Virus record (IMG/VR): IMGVR_UViG_3300022178_000593
Location: 1-48,007 of that record
Direction: 5' to 3' (one strand)
DNA from: a virus
Taxonomy: Duplodnaviria; Caudoviricetes
DNA length: 48,007 nucleotides
Shown: positions 1 to 10,020 of the stretch, in pieces
How the letters are laid out: each line of letters starts with the position of its first letter
How positions within the stretch are numbered: the stretch's first letter is position 1
Translations under genes and position numbers: made by a program
Notes under the pieces: model-generated
What the model was told of the DNA's origin: nothing
The model's input: only the letters and a program-made list of their open reading frames with translations
Databases searched by the model: none

Positions 1-2
1 AG

Positions 3-944
3 CCAAGAGTTCTTAGACTTTTAGACCTAGGCAATGTAGTAGAAGATCATTTGATTGAGAAGCTACGTAAGATACCAGGAGCCATTATCTATGATGTTCA
101 AAAGGATGGTAAGCAATTTAAAACAGAGGCTCTTGGAGGGCATGTCAAAGGACACATAGATGGTGTCGCTAGAAACCTACCAGGCTTGAAAGAAAACATA
201 CCCTATCTGTTAGAGTTTAAAACAGCTAACGACAATCGTTTTAAAAATTTAGAAAAGCTAGGTAGTTATTGTGCTTGGTCAGAAGAGTATGACGCACAGA
301 TTCATTTGTACATGGGACTTTTTAAAATGGATCATTGCATAGCTATCGTTTACAACAAAAACAATTCAGCTTTGTATACAGAAGTTATTGACTTTGATTA
401 CTTAAAGTTTGAAATGCTTATGGAAAAAGCAGAGCATGTATTGAAAACTAATACGCCACCTGACAACAACATACCCGAGACTGACTACAGAATACGTAGC
501 TTTATGTCTGCTAAAGAAAGGGCCGCATACCTTGGCAGATCTTTACCTGAGAAAGTTCATTGCAGATCATGTCGCTTTGCTAGTGTTGATATTAACAAGG
601 GTGGAGGGTATTGGCATTGCTCTCAACATGACAAAGGGATCAGCGAGGATAGACAGACCAAGGGATGTCCAAGACATAACTATATACCAGAGCTAATACC
701 AGCAACCATGATTGAAGAGGATGATAACTTTGTTATGTATGAGAAAGATGGGTTTAAGTTTATTAACGTAGCTAGTCAGAAAGAATCTACTGGCGACAAC
801 CTTTACTCTAGTGAGGAGCTGATAGAAGTAATCAACAGTGGCTTTCCAAAAGAATTACTAGAACAGTGTGCTTCTGCTAAGAGATTAATGAATGGTACGA
901 TCAAGAGTATCAGACCTTGGGTTGAAACAGGCGTGCCTTTCTAA
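3..944 (+). CDS. Cas4-like / PD-(D/E)XK phage exonuclease (5'-truncated)
   Basis: Frame is open from base 3 (PRVLRLLDLGNVVEDHLIEKLR). GHIDG...LLEFKT nuclease motif, AQIHLYM motif and a C-terminal Cys cluster (CRSC...C...C). Confidence 0.75.
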   Translation, partial: PRVLRLLDLGNVVEDHLIEKLRKIPGAIIYDVQKDGKQFKTEALGGHVKGHIDGVARNLPGLKENIPYLLEFKTANDNRFKNLEKLGSYCAWSEEYDAQIHLYMGLFKMDHCIAIVYNKNNSALYTEVIDFDYLKFEMLMEKAEHVLKTNTPPDNNIPETDYRIRSFMSAKERAAYLGRSLPEKVHCRSCRFASVDINKGGGYWHCSQHDKGISEDRQTKGCPRHNYIPELIPATMIEEDDNFVMYEKDGFKFINVASQKESTGDNLYSSEELIEVINSGFPKELLEQCASAKRLMNGTIKSIRPWVETGVPF

Positions 945-1270
945 GCTTTAGCTTTTTTTATTACTATAATTTCTACGCCTGGATACAGAGCTTCAACAAG
1001 TTTCTTCTTTAATCTAAACATAGGTGTCTCTATACCCTTGGTATCTTCTATGATCTCATCGCCATTGATGTTCTTATATTTAAAGTCAGCCTTGTAAAGA
1101 CATACCTTCTTCTCATTAACAAAGCATGGGAAGGGTGGGTGTACTTCTATGTCAGAGATTAGGCCTTGATCTTCTAGTTCTTTAAGATGATTGTATCGAG
1201 CTGCCTCAAGTTTGCTATCAAAAGTATAGCCATCGAGTCTTACTTTCTTTGCTCCGTATTTGTTATACAA
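941..1270 (-). CDS. DUF1064-family putative endonuclease
   Basis: NKYGAKK..DGYTFDSKLEA..Y, YKADF and EDTKG motifs; convergent 4-bp overlap with the exonuclease. Confidence 0.8.
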   Translation of the reverse strand: MYNKYGAKKVRLDGYTFDSKLEAARYNHLKELEDQGLISDIEVHPPFPCFVNEKKVCLYKADFKYKNINGDEIIEDTKGIETPMFRLKKKLVEALYPGVEIIVIKKAKA

Positions 1271-1271
1271 G

Positions 1272-4200
1272 TTAGATTCCTAGTATTTTCTTTTCTTCTT
1301 CTTCTCTTAATAACTGAGATGCTCTGCTAGGTTGAGCAAGATTAGGTGCTTCAAACTGTCCTTGTAAAGATTGTCCAGTTAAATCTATTGAAGCAGAAGC
1401 CAAGTCTCCAATAGGTACTTCTTGAGGTGCTTTAATATCTGTTCCTTGTAAAGCAAAGTTAAGTACATCTTGATTAACTTCACTAGGTTTAAATATACCT
1501 AGCATAACCAAGTCTCTGTTAGCTACCTTAGCAATCTTTAACTGTTCGCTAATAGCATAATCAGGAACTCCCAATGTTCTTGCATCTTCTATAGCTGTGT
1601 AAAGAGTTCTTAAAGAATTGTATCTGTCTTTGTTTGTATTGATGTAACCTTTAACAAAACTTTCTGCATCTCTTCTGTTATTTGATCTAAGCAATCTATT
1701 AAATTCATTAGTTGTTTCTCTTATAGCTCTCTTAGACTCTGCTGCTTTGTAATACAGAGATCTTTCTAGCTGTGGTTTAACAACTTTAATACCAGAGAAA
1801 GCTTGTACCATTGTCTCTGCTACATCAATAGGTTTTCCTTTTGGACTAATTAAATCTTCTTCTCCTGTAAAGACAGAGGCTGCAGCTGTTACAAAATCTT
1901 TAGGAACTATCTGTGTTCCTTCTGCATCAACTTGTACTGAAAAAGGCAGTGCTGTAGGTGCTATAGAATTAAAAACGTGAATCATTGATTTTAAACCCTT
2001 ATCACCTAATAAATCTGATTCGTTATAAATAATTTTACCTGTTGATGTTTGACCAGATTGTGCTTCAAGCAAGGCGTTAGCACCTATACTTGTAGATAAA
2101 AAAGGATTTGCCATTTCTCCTACTGAATCTATTGTTGCATTACTTGCTATGCTTAGTAGACTAGCTTCGTTTCTATTGCCAGTAGCAACTGCATTTAATA
2201 CAGCTCTAAATGGTCTTTGCAAATAATCATAGGGATTGGTGTAACTGTAATTAATAAATCCTGTAATATTTCCTTGTGCATCAGTGCTGGTTGGAATCAT
2301 AGTCGCAGTCTTTTCCCAAGGTGCAGCAAAAGATCTTTTATATGCGTCTATCTGTTCTTGACTTGAACCAGTTAGGGCTAGACCTGCTGCGGTTAAACCT
2401 GCTGGAACTCCAACAGTAGTAGTTAGTCCAGACGTTAGTCTTCTCATTCCTACTTTTTGTAATTCTGCATTGTTACTTGCTAGTTCTTTAATACCTCTTG
2501 ATATAGTGTTGCCAGTATTTCTTACTATCTCAGCAGGGAAAGCTGTAAAGTTACCTATGACTGGTATAAATTTTAATTGTTTTACTATCTCAGGAACTCT
2601 TGAGTAAGTGGGAGTTACATTCAAAGCTATGTCAGCAGACTCTGCTTTAATAAATTTATCTAAAGCATCATCGCTAACAGATTTTAATTCACCAACATTG
2701 ATAGTACCATCTTGTCTAATAAGTTTTTGAATATCAGTATTAGAAAAATTCTTAGCAGCATTGACAGGAATAAAGGCATCATCAGTAGAGTCAGCTATAA
2801 CCTTTGTAAGTTTTGCTTGTTCGCCATTCCAATTAATCCACCTAGCCGCGTTATCTGATCCTGTATAAATTCTTTCAACAGGTTTTAATGCTTTCTGTAA
2901 TTTATTTGTAAGACCGTTTGATTGTAATTTTTTCATCAAAGCAACATCTTCTATAGCATAAGAAGCTAAGTCAGCTATTTCTTCTAACTGCGTACCTCTT
3001 CCTACAACAATACCGTACTCTCTTCCTTCTTTAATATCTTTGTTGTATTTTGTTTTTTGCCTTGGATCAAAAACACCAGCAAAAGACTTTTGAAAAGTTT
3101 TTGTAAACTCAGCAGAAGGCCCAAGGTTTCCATTCATAGCAGCAAATAATGGGACACTTGTATTGTTTCTTATATGAGCACCAACAGATAACAAGGTTTT
3201 GTTATATTGTCCTACTGTTTTTAAACCTAACAAACCCTTGTAAACATTTTTTAAAATGTTAGGCATAGTATTCATAAAATCTTTTGATGATCCTGTAACA
3301 GCATCAACAAAAACTTTTGGTGCATAGGTATCTTGTAAAGCACCTTGCTTGTCATTAAATTTTACATAATCAACGCCGTCTATTGTAACTTCATCTCTTA
3401 GTGAAGGAATTTCTTTTCCTGTCTTTGGATCTTTTTTAGGAGCAATTTGTTTTCCTGTCTTTGGATTTATTTCAGGAGCTTTTAATACATTTATTCCTTC
3501 AGCTGTTAATTGATCAGGAGTCTTTAAAAAAGATGTGGTTCCTAATTGTTTTGCATTATCATTAATTAATCTTATATCATCATAAACTTTTATATTTCCT
3601 ACTGAAGTAGCAATTTTAGATATAGTAGAAGTAGCTGCAAAAGTCTCATCTACTAAAGCTTTTCTCCACTCAGATCCTTCTTTGTATGTAAGGGGAGTTA
3701 TCTCACCTAAAGCTTCCCTAACTTCAGGTAAGTTTTTTAATGTTTTTCCTTTTAGTAAGCCACCTTTTATATTGTTTACTAAAAGCTCTGGAGTTTCGTG
3801 AGGGTTTAAAGAGTTTTTAGGATTTCTTATATCATCAAAAATTTGTATTGCTTTAGATGTTCCAAGAGGATCACCCTCAAGTCCTGCTACTGTTTTAATT
3901 TTATCAATGGCTGCATCGTATACTTCTTTAGATGGCTCAAAACCAGAATCATTTATGGCTCTGTAAAGAGTTGTTCCATACAAACCTCTGTTTTTAAGTA
4001 ACGCATCTTTAAAATTTTGATCTAAAGTTAAACCTGCAACAGTAGGTCTATCAGAAACTAAATCAAATAATAGTTTTTGTTCTAATTCAAATATTGTTTT
4101 ATTGTTTTGAACTATAGAAGATATTGTATTATTAGGATCTATTCCTAGAGCCTCGTAATCTATTTTGTTTCCTGATCCTTCAAAACTTTTAATCTTTTTT

Positions 4201-5222
4201 AAAGCTTCGTCTTGAAGTTCTTTTGCTTTAATTCTTTTTGCATCGTCAGCTAAAGAAGGAAACTGTCTTTCAACAGCAAGCAAAGGTGCTCTATAAGTTG
4301 ATATAGATTTAACTAATTCTAAAGAGTCTTTATCATTTAATTTACCACCATTGGTAACAGCATCTTCCATTGTTCTTCTTATCTTATCTCCAGCATCAGC
4401 TATCTCTAATCCAAGATTAGATGCGTAAGCTTTTTGTGTTTGAAATACATCTGATATTAATTTATTATTTTTTGTAGTTTGTTCAAAAGTTCCACCGTAA
4501 CTAAAGTTTTTTCTTAAGTAATCAAATAAACTTTTATCTGCTTTGGTTGCAGAAGCAAGAGCTTCATTTGGGCTAACTTTTTTAGCTAATGCACTCATGT
4601 AAGGTGCAATTAGATCTAATCCAACACCAGCTGTTTTAAGAGTTCCTCCCACAACCTTGGGTGCAGCATAAACAAATGATGCTGTCTCAGCGAATACTTG
4701 CATTCTTTCTTTTAGTCTTGCAGCTGCGGCATCTCTGCCTGCAAGATTCTTAATTCTTTCTTCGTCACTTTCTTTATCAAAGATCATGTCAGCAAAAGTA
4801 TCAACATCATCTGTAGCTACAGCAGCATCGACTGCACCTATAGCTCCTAGTTGTTTTGCTTTACTTAATTTAGATAGAGCACTTGCTGTGCCAAGACCAG
4901 GTATACCAAACTGAGCAATCATTTGTGCTGTTTTACCAGCAGTGCCTTCTACTTCAGGTTTAATACCTTCAAAAAATTCGTTTACATTGTCAGTTACTTC
5001 TGTATTAAATAGAAGATCAATACCAGTTGTCGGTATGGTAGCAAGGCCTTGAGGTATAGAAACAACACCTGCTGCTATTCCTCTACCTATGTCTCCTGCT
5101 AAAGAACCAGATGATCCAGTTCTTTTTCTTTTCATTGATTTTTGTTTTGCTTTTTCTATTTCTTTAGGATCATTACTATCTACAAATAATTTTCTTCCAT
5201 CCTCAAGAACCACTAAAGGCAC
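1272..5222 (-). CDS. Large internal virion / DNA-ejection protein
   Basis: 1316 aa, last large gene of the structural operon after the tail nozzle. Position is typical of podovirus ejection proteins; no catalytic motif recognised. Confidence 0.55.
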   Translation of the reverse strand: MPLVVLEDGRKLFVDSNDPKEIEKAKQKSMKRKRTGSSGSLAGDIGRGIAAGVVSIPQGLATIPTTGIDLLFNTEVTDNVNEFFEGIKPEVEGTAGKTAQMIAQFGIPGLGTASALSKLSKAKQLGAIGAVDAAVATDDVDTFADMIFDKESDEERIKNLAGRDAAAARLKERMQVFAETASFVYAAPKVVGGTLKTAGVGLDLIAPYMSALAKKVSPNEALASATKADKSLFDYLRKNFSYGGTFEQTTKNNKLISDVFQTQKAYASNLGLEIADAGDKIRRTMEDAVTNGGKLNDKDSLELVKSISTYRAPLLAVERQFPSLADDAKRIKAKELQDEALKKIKSFEGSGNKIDYEALGIDPNNTISSIVQNNKTIFELEQKLLFDLVSDRPTVAGLTLDQNFKDALLKNRGLYGTTLYRAINDSGFEPSKEVYDAAIDKIKTVAGLEGDPLGTSKAIQIFDDIRNPKNSLNPHETPELLVNNIKGGLLKGKTLKNLPEVREALGEITPLTYKEGSEWRKALVDETFAATSTISKIATSVGNIKVYDDIRLINDNAKQLGTTSFLKTPDQLTAEGINVLKAPEINPKTGKQIAPKKDPKTGKEIPSLRDEVTIDGVDYVKFNDKQGALQDTYAPKVFVDAVTGSSKDFMNTMPNILKNVYKGLLGLKTVGQYNKTLLSVGAHIRNNTSVPLFAAMNGNLGPSAEFTKTFQKSFAGVFDPRQKTKYNKDIKEGREYGIVVGRGTQLEEIADLASYAIEDVALMKKLQSNGLTNKLQKALKPVERIYTGSDNAARWINWNGEQAKLTKVIADSTDDAFIPVNAAKNFSNTDIQKLIRQDGTINVGELKSVSDDALDKFIKAESADIALNVTPTYSRVPEIVKQLKFIPVIGNFTAFPAEIVRNTGNTISRGIKELASNNAELQKVGMRRLTSGLTTTVGVPAGLTAAGLALTGSSQEQIDAYKRSFAAPWEKTATMIPTSTDAQGNITGFINYSYTNPYDYLQRPFRAVLNAVATGNRNEASLLSIASNATIDSVGEMANPFLSTSIGANALLEAQSGQTSTGKIIYNESDLLGDKGLKSMIHVFNSIAPTALPFSVQVDAEGTQIVPKDFVTAAASVFTGEEDLISPKGKPIDVAETMVQAFSGIKVVKPQLERSLYYKAAESKRAIRETTNEFNRLLRSNNRRDAESFVKGYINTNKDRYNSLRTLYTAIEDARTLGVPDYAISEQLKIAKVANRDLVMLGIFKPSEVNQDVLNFALQGTDIKAPQEVPIGDLASASIDLTGQSLQGQFEAPNLAQPSRASQLLREEEEKKILGI

Positions 5223-5224
5223 TG

Positions 5225-6127
5225 TTATTCTCCAGCTACAATCATCTCAGCTAATTGTGTTATGTCTCCGCCAGTTTGTTGAAACATTGCTAAGAAACTA
5301 ATTAAATTTATTTCATTTCCATTAAGATCAGTTAGCTTTCCATCTTTCTTGTTTGTTAGTTCTTTTCTAAATTGAGCTAATAAAGCAGCTGCTCCAGCTA
5401 TTGCTGTTTGATCTATTGGGGAAGCACCAGCTTGAATTTTTTGTAACTTTTTAATATCTTCATCACTCATTGCTAGTAACTGTTCTTGATCTGTCATTGC
5501 ATCTTCTTGTCTTGCACCCTCTTCCATAGCAGCTTGACCAAAGTCAGAGATAGCATTCCTTGGAACAAAGCCTTCGCTTGGTTGCATCATAGCTAAGAAT
5601 CCTGCCATCATTTGTTTTGCAAACTCAGGATCTCTACTAACTTTTTCCATATAGCTTGATGGAAAAGCTTTTACATAATCAAGGAATACAGGTGATTCTC
5701 TTCCTGCTTCCATTGCAATCTCCATGGTTTTTTGTTTAAGAATATCTTTTAGTGCGTCTGAATCATTAACTTCTTTAAGTCCTGATACTTTTTCAATAGG
5801 AGGTGAAACTTTAGTTTTTTCATCATCGCCTGTTAGTCCCATATATAAACCTGCCGCTGGAACTCCACCGTAACCAGCCGCTCTAATTGCACCTGTTACT
5901 GCACTTCCCTCTGGTCTACCTGGATTTTTACCAATACTTCTTAAGGTTGATTGAATTACTTTTCCACTGCCAACAAAAGGAGCAACCATTTCTGATGGAA
6001 TAACTTTAGGAGATGCTGGTTTAGTTTTAGTAATAGCTGTACTAGGTTTGGGCTTAGGTTTGGGTTTAGGCTTAACTTTTTTAATTAAAGATGCTATTCC
6101 TTGTATTGCTTTCTTTTTTAATGCCAT
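5225..6127 (-). CDS. Putative internal virion protein with (KP)n N-terminal tract
   Basis: 300 aa, tightly packed in the operon; basic N-terminus with KPKPKPKPKP. Confidence 0.45.
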   Translation of the reverse strand: MALKKKAIQGIASLIKKVKPKPKPKPKPSTAITKTKPASPKVIPSEMVAPFVGSGKVIQSTLRSIGKNPGRPEGSAVTGAIRAAGYGGVPAAGLYMGLTGDDEKTKVSPPIEKVSGLKEVNDSDALKDILKQKTMEIAMEAGRESPVFLDYVKAFPSSYMEKVSRDPEFAKQMMAGFLAMMQPSEGFVPRNAISDFGQAAMEEGARQEDAMTDQEQLLAMSDEDIKKLQKIQAGASPIDQTAIAGAAALLAQFRKELTNKKDGKLTDLNGNEINLISFLAMFQQTGGDITQLAEMIVAGE

Positions 6128-6129
6128 AA

Positions 6130-6645
6130 TTATTGCTCCAACGTATAGCCTTCAGGCACTTCGTTATCTTCAAATAAATAATACTCTTCATCTACTGGAT
6201 CATAATAAAAATAATTTCCAGAATCTTCATCAATATAAGCCACACTAGGATTAGTGTAATCTTCGCTCAAGCCTTCTTTGATTGCATCTCCAATGGTATA
6301 AGCAAGAGCTCCTCCAGCTGCTGTATTTGTTACTGGATTAGAAAGTTTAGATGCTGCGTTAGCAGCTTTTCTCATTTTATTTCCTGTGCTTAATGCTTTT
6401 ATTCCAGCACCAGCTAATCCCAAACCTGGAATTGCCATCGCATAATCTAAGGGATTATATGGATCAAAAATTAAACCATCTCTACCGAAATATTTTGTCC
6501 CTGCTTCTCCACCCTCAGCAAATCCTTCTATGCCACGTCCTCTAAGAATATCTTTTTGAGTTACTTTGCCATCACCTGTTAGATCAGGAAAGCCACCGTC
6601 TTTTAATCTTACAGGAGCCATGCCTGACATTATTCCTCTGTTCAT
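6130..6645 (-). CDS. Putative virion protein with EF-hand/dockerin-like loop
   Basis: PDLTGDGKVTQKD loop; LKDGG and FAEGG motifs; acidic aromatic C-terminus. Confidence 0.45.
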   Translation of the reverse strand: MNRGIMSGMAPVRLKDGGFPDLTGDGKVTQKDILRGRGIEGFAEGGEAGTKYFGRDGLIFDPYNPLDYAMAIPGLGLAGAGIKALSTGNKMRKAANAASKLSNPVTNTAAGGALAYTIGDAIKEGLSEDYTNPSVAYIDEDSGNYFYYDPVDEEYYLFEDNEVPEGYTLEQ

Positions 6646-8198
6646 GAAAGAACCTTGGAGTAATCAACAGCATAATAACCATCTTTAACTACTACTGCAT
6701 CTGGTTTAACTTCTAATACTTCTTGAGCTAAAACACCTTCCGTTGGTTCTGATTCTGCTCCAAGCTCCATGGCTTTATCATTCCAATCCCATGTGTACCA
6801 ACCAATGTTAGGTTCAACTTCACCAATCTTTTTAATGTTAGTTTTTAATTCAACATCAGATATAGCAAATAAAGAAGCTATGGTTCCTGCCGCACCTAAT
6901 GCTTTTGATGCACTACTTGGCTCTTGATAAGATCCACGTTGATAAGCACTTGTACCAGTACCACCAGAGAGTCCTCCCATTGGTGATCCAGCAAGTAATG
7001 CTTGACCTTGTTGTAGTCTTTGCATTGGCTCGTTCGCAAGTTGCTGTGCTCCTTGGAACTGTCTTGATAGTGCAGCTTGTTGAGTTGCTTGACCTTGTTG
7101 ACCGAGTTGATTCAACATATTGATTTGGTTTCCTAACATTCCTTGTCCTTTTTGTCCTAGACCTGCAATGCCTTGACCTATCTGACCAAACTGTTGTCCC
7201 ATACCACTAGCTAATTGACCTAAGCCACCTAGTTGTTGTCCACCTTGCATAAGGCTAGAACCAAAACCACCTAGGGCTTGTCCTCTTTGTACTTGTTGTT
7301 GACCTAGACCAGCCATCTGACTACCTAGTGCGGCCTGCTGACCACCTATAGCTGCTTGTTGTCCGCCTAAACTTGCTTGCATTTGACCTAATCCAGCTTG
7401 TCTACCTTGTTGTGATTCAAAGGATTGTCTTGCAGCATCTTGAGCTCTGCCAAATCCTTGACTTCTAAGAGCACCAACTGCTTCAGCGGCCCCTCTTCCT
7501 GTTTGTCTTGCTAATTCTTCTTGAGTTATCCTACCTCTTGATCCACCAAAGGCACCAGCGGATACAGCTCTATCACGTAGCCCTATGTCTTGTTTTGCTG
7601 ATTGTCTGTTTATATCTTCTAATGTTTGTTGTACTACTTGATCTTCGTATGGATTATAAAAAGCAGATGAGCTACTAGGATCAAACATTTTAGTAGCACC
7701 CATTGCACTTTGTTCTGCTCTTTGTAATGCACCTATACCACCTGCTACAGTATCAGCTCCTGTACCTATCATCCTTTCTGCTGCATCTGAGAATCTTCCA
7801 GCACCTCTTGCTAAATCAGATCCTTCTCTTTGAAAGCCCATACCTTCTTCAATACCAGCTTGAGCCTGTGGCACAAAGCCCATGGCTTGATCTAGTGCAT
7901 CTTCTTGTCTGCCGTATAATCTACCAGCATCTTCTATATAAGGTTTAAATTCTCCTAAACCACCTGCTGCTTGACGTGCTTGTATTTGTAATGGTGTAAG
8001 ACCTGCTGTTTGTTCTATGGGTATATCTCTAGCTCGAGATATTAGTCCTTCGTATTCACCAGGAGAGCCAAAGTAGGAAGCAAGAAGTCTTCTTGAGTAG
8101 TCCTCCATGTAAGGAGATATAAAAGAATAACCTGTTTCTGGAGTTGTTATTACATCTGCTTCTGGCCCTTGTTTAGTTTTGCTACTAAATATTCCCAT
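6642..8198 (-). CDS. Gln/Gly/Ala-rich ejection (pilot-like) protein with C-terminal S74-like chaperone domain
   Basis: Long GQ-rich helical repeats; C-terminal SDVELKTNI...GVLAQEV...VDY resembles peptidase S74. Confidence 0.6.
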   Translation of the reverse strand: MGIFSSKTKQGPEADVITTPETGYSFISPYMEDYSRRLLASYFGSPGEYEGLISRARDIPIEQTAGLTPLQIQARQAAGGLGEFKPYIEDAGRLYGRQEDALDQAMGFVPQAQAGIEEGMGFQREGSDLARGAGRFSDAAERMIGTGADTVAGGIGALQRAEQSAMGATKMFDPSSSSAFYNPYEDQVVQQTLEDINRQSAKQDIGLRDRAVSAGAFGGSRGRITQEELARQTGRGAAEAVGALRSQGFGRAQDAARQSFESQQGRQAGLGQMQASLGGQQAAIGGQQAALGSQMAGLGQQQVQRGQALGGFGSSLMQGGQQLGGLGQLASGMGQQFGQIGQGIAGLGQKGQGMLGNQINMLNQLGQQGQATQQAALSRQFQGAQQLANEPMQRLQQGQALLAGSPMGGLSGGTGTSAYQRGSYQEPSSASKALGAAGTIASLFAISDVELKTNIKKIGEVEPNIGWYTWDWNDKAMELGAESEPTEGVLAQEVLEVKPDAVVVKDGYYAVDYSKVLS

Positions 8199-9628
8199 TA
8201 TCTGTATTTCCTCATCATTTGTTCGCCTTCTTTTTGTAGAGCATACATTTGACGTGCACCTTCTAGGCGTTGTTCGTATTCGTCTTGTGGGTTAGCACCT
8301 GCTGCCACACCCATACCTCTAACTGCTTCAGCATTAACAACAAACTCACCATCACTTAACATGGCTGGTATCTTGTCGCCACGCTCTCCACCTGGGCCTG
8401 TAATTAATTCGCTTCTATCTACAAATTTACCGTCAGCTGCATATAACTGACTGGCTATTCTTCTTGGTTGTAGATCATCTACATAAGTAGCTTCTTTAGG
8501 AGGTGCCACTAATGGTGAAAAAGATGTGCCTTTCATTTGTGAATAAAGTTTTGATACTTCACTAGGGTAGAATCTGTAAGCATCTGGTGTTTCATCTCTA
8601 GCATCAATAGATATAGATGCTCCAGGAGTTTGAAAGCCATAACTACTACGACCTGGTGCACCTGATCCTCCATAACCTTTTGCTAATCTAGCTGCTGCTT
8701 GTTTAGCTTTTTGTTCTGCAATCTCTTCTTCTGTTGGTGGTGTATAGCTATATCCTCCACCTCCACCTGGTAGGTTTATAATTCCACCAAAGTTACCAAA
8801 GTCTATATCACTAAAATCAAAATCATCAAACATATAATCATCAAAATTAAACTCTCTTTCACGTTCAAATTTTCTTTCATCAGCCATGCCACCTCTTCTA
8901 AATCTTTGTATGTCAACCTTTGATGCTCCTGTTCCTTTGATCATTTGACCTTCAGTCTGACCATAGGGTTCTGGCATAAAACTTTGTGCTTGCTCAAATC
9001 TATTAGCCATTTCTTCTGCTTTTGTTTTTCTAATAGCTTCATTAATATTTTCTGTATCGTTTGCAGCATCTGAAATAGAGTCATATTCTTTACCATTCAA
9101 TACATATTTTCCAGTTGTAGCATCATATTCAGGTGCTACAGATTTTGATAAACCAAAAGAATCTTTGTCTTCAAAAATATCATCTTCAAAATCTATATCC
9201 AAAATTCCACCATTTGCAAAACCAGCTATACCACCATCAGCAAGCTGAACAGAAGTATCTCTTTCTAAACTTTGTTGAAATTTATTAAAATCTTTTTGAG
9301 CATCATCAACAGCTTCAGGATTACCAGGTTTTATATCTGGAGTATTTATGTCAGATGAACCTATAGAAAAACCTTGCATGACTTTATTTTCTTCATCTCC
9401 TCCACTTAAACCACCTAAAGCACTAGCAATTTTTCCAAAATCCATACCTCCACCAGTACCTCCACCAGTACCTCCACCAACACTACCGCCAGTAAAAAAA
9501 TTAACTATGCCGCCATCCATGTAACTTGAAACATCAAAATCTTTATCATCTCTAAGTCCAGGAAGTAATTTTTTTAATAATGCTATTCCACCTAATGTTT
9601 TTAAAATTTTCTTGTGTGATTTCTTCAT
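8198..9628 (-). CDS. Putative internal virion protein
   Basis: C-terminal GPGGERGDKIPAMLSDGEFVV motif, familiar from tape-measure/ejected proteins; several xxxGG motifs; GGGT repeats. Confidence 0.55.
   Translation of the reverse strand: MKKSHKKILKTLGGIALLKKLLPGLRDDKDFDVSSYMDGGIVNFFTGGSVGGGTGGGTGGGMDFGKIASALGGLSGGDEENKVMQGFSIGSSDINTPDIKPGNPEAVDDAQKDFNKFQQSLERDTSVQLADGGIAGFANGGILDIDFEDDIFEDKDSFGLSKSVAPEYDATTGKYVLNGKEYDSISDAANDTENINEAIRKTKAEEMANRFEQAQSFMPEPYGQTEGQMIKGTGASKVDIQRFRRGGMADERKFEREREFNFDDYMFDDFDFSDIDFGNFGGIINLPGGGGGYSYTPPTEEEIAEQKAKQAAARLAKGYGGSGAPGRSSYGFQTPGASISIDARDETPDAYRFYPSEVSKLYSQMKGTSFSPLVAPPKEATYVDDLQPRRIASQLYAADGKFVDRSELITGPGGERGDKIPAMLSDGEFVVNAEAVRGMGVAAGANPQDEYEQRLEGARQMYALQKEGEQMMRKYR
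9445..9479. repeat. 12-bp tandem repeat (TACCTCCACCAG, about 3 copies) encoding a GGGT linker
   Basis: Directly visible in the sequence. Confidence 0.8.
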
Positions 9629-9634
9629 AACTAA

Positions 9635-9640
9635 ATTATA
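9635..9640 (-). promoter_or_regulatory. Candidate -10 box for a leaderless transcript
   Basis: TATAAT lies 6 nt upstream of the ATG at 9628; no Shine-Dalgarno; sits in one of the few intergenic gaps. Confidence 0.4.
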
Positions 9641-9684
9641 TACAATATTGTTTTAAGTGTACCATTTTTTCTATGTATCATCTC

Positions 9685-10020
9685 TTATGAGGTTGTTACA
9701 TTAATTGATATGTTTCCATCTGTCTTAACAGAAACAGATCCTAGTGATGCAGTTGTCTCGAAGCCTTGTGGATTCTTCGGAGTGTGTAACTGTACCCATT
9801 GGTTGCCTATATATACTTGTAAAACACCAATAGATGTATTCCATATTACATCACCTACGTTAAAAGCTAAAGTAGAAATTTGAGAATCATTAAACTGTGG
9901 TGTTGAGCTAGGATCGAATGTTCCTAGGTTTAACTCAAGGATTCTTATTAATCTGTTGAATACATTAGCATCAACCTCACCACTTGCTTGAGGTAATCTA
10001 CTTGCAAGAAGCTTGGCCAT
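9685..10020 (-). CDS. Hypothetical tail-associated protein
   Basis: 111 aa, coupled by TAATG to the upstream tail protein. Confidence 0.5.
   Translation of the reverse strand: MAKLLASRLPQASGEVDANVFNRLIRILELNLGTFDPSSTPQFNDSQISTLAFNVGDVIWNTSIGVLQVYIGNQWVQLHTPKNPQGFETTASLGSVSVKTDGNISINVTTS

Noticed and set aside
3-944. Cas4-like gene as evidence of a CRISPR-Cas system
   Set aside because: No other cas genes or array seen; solo Cas4-like nucleases are ordinary phage recombination genes.
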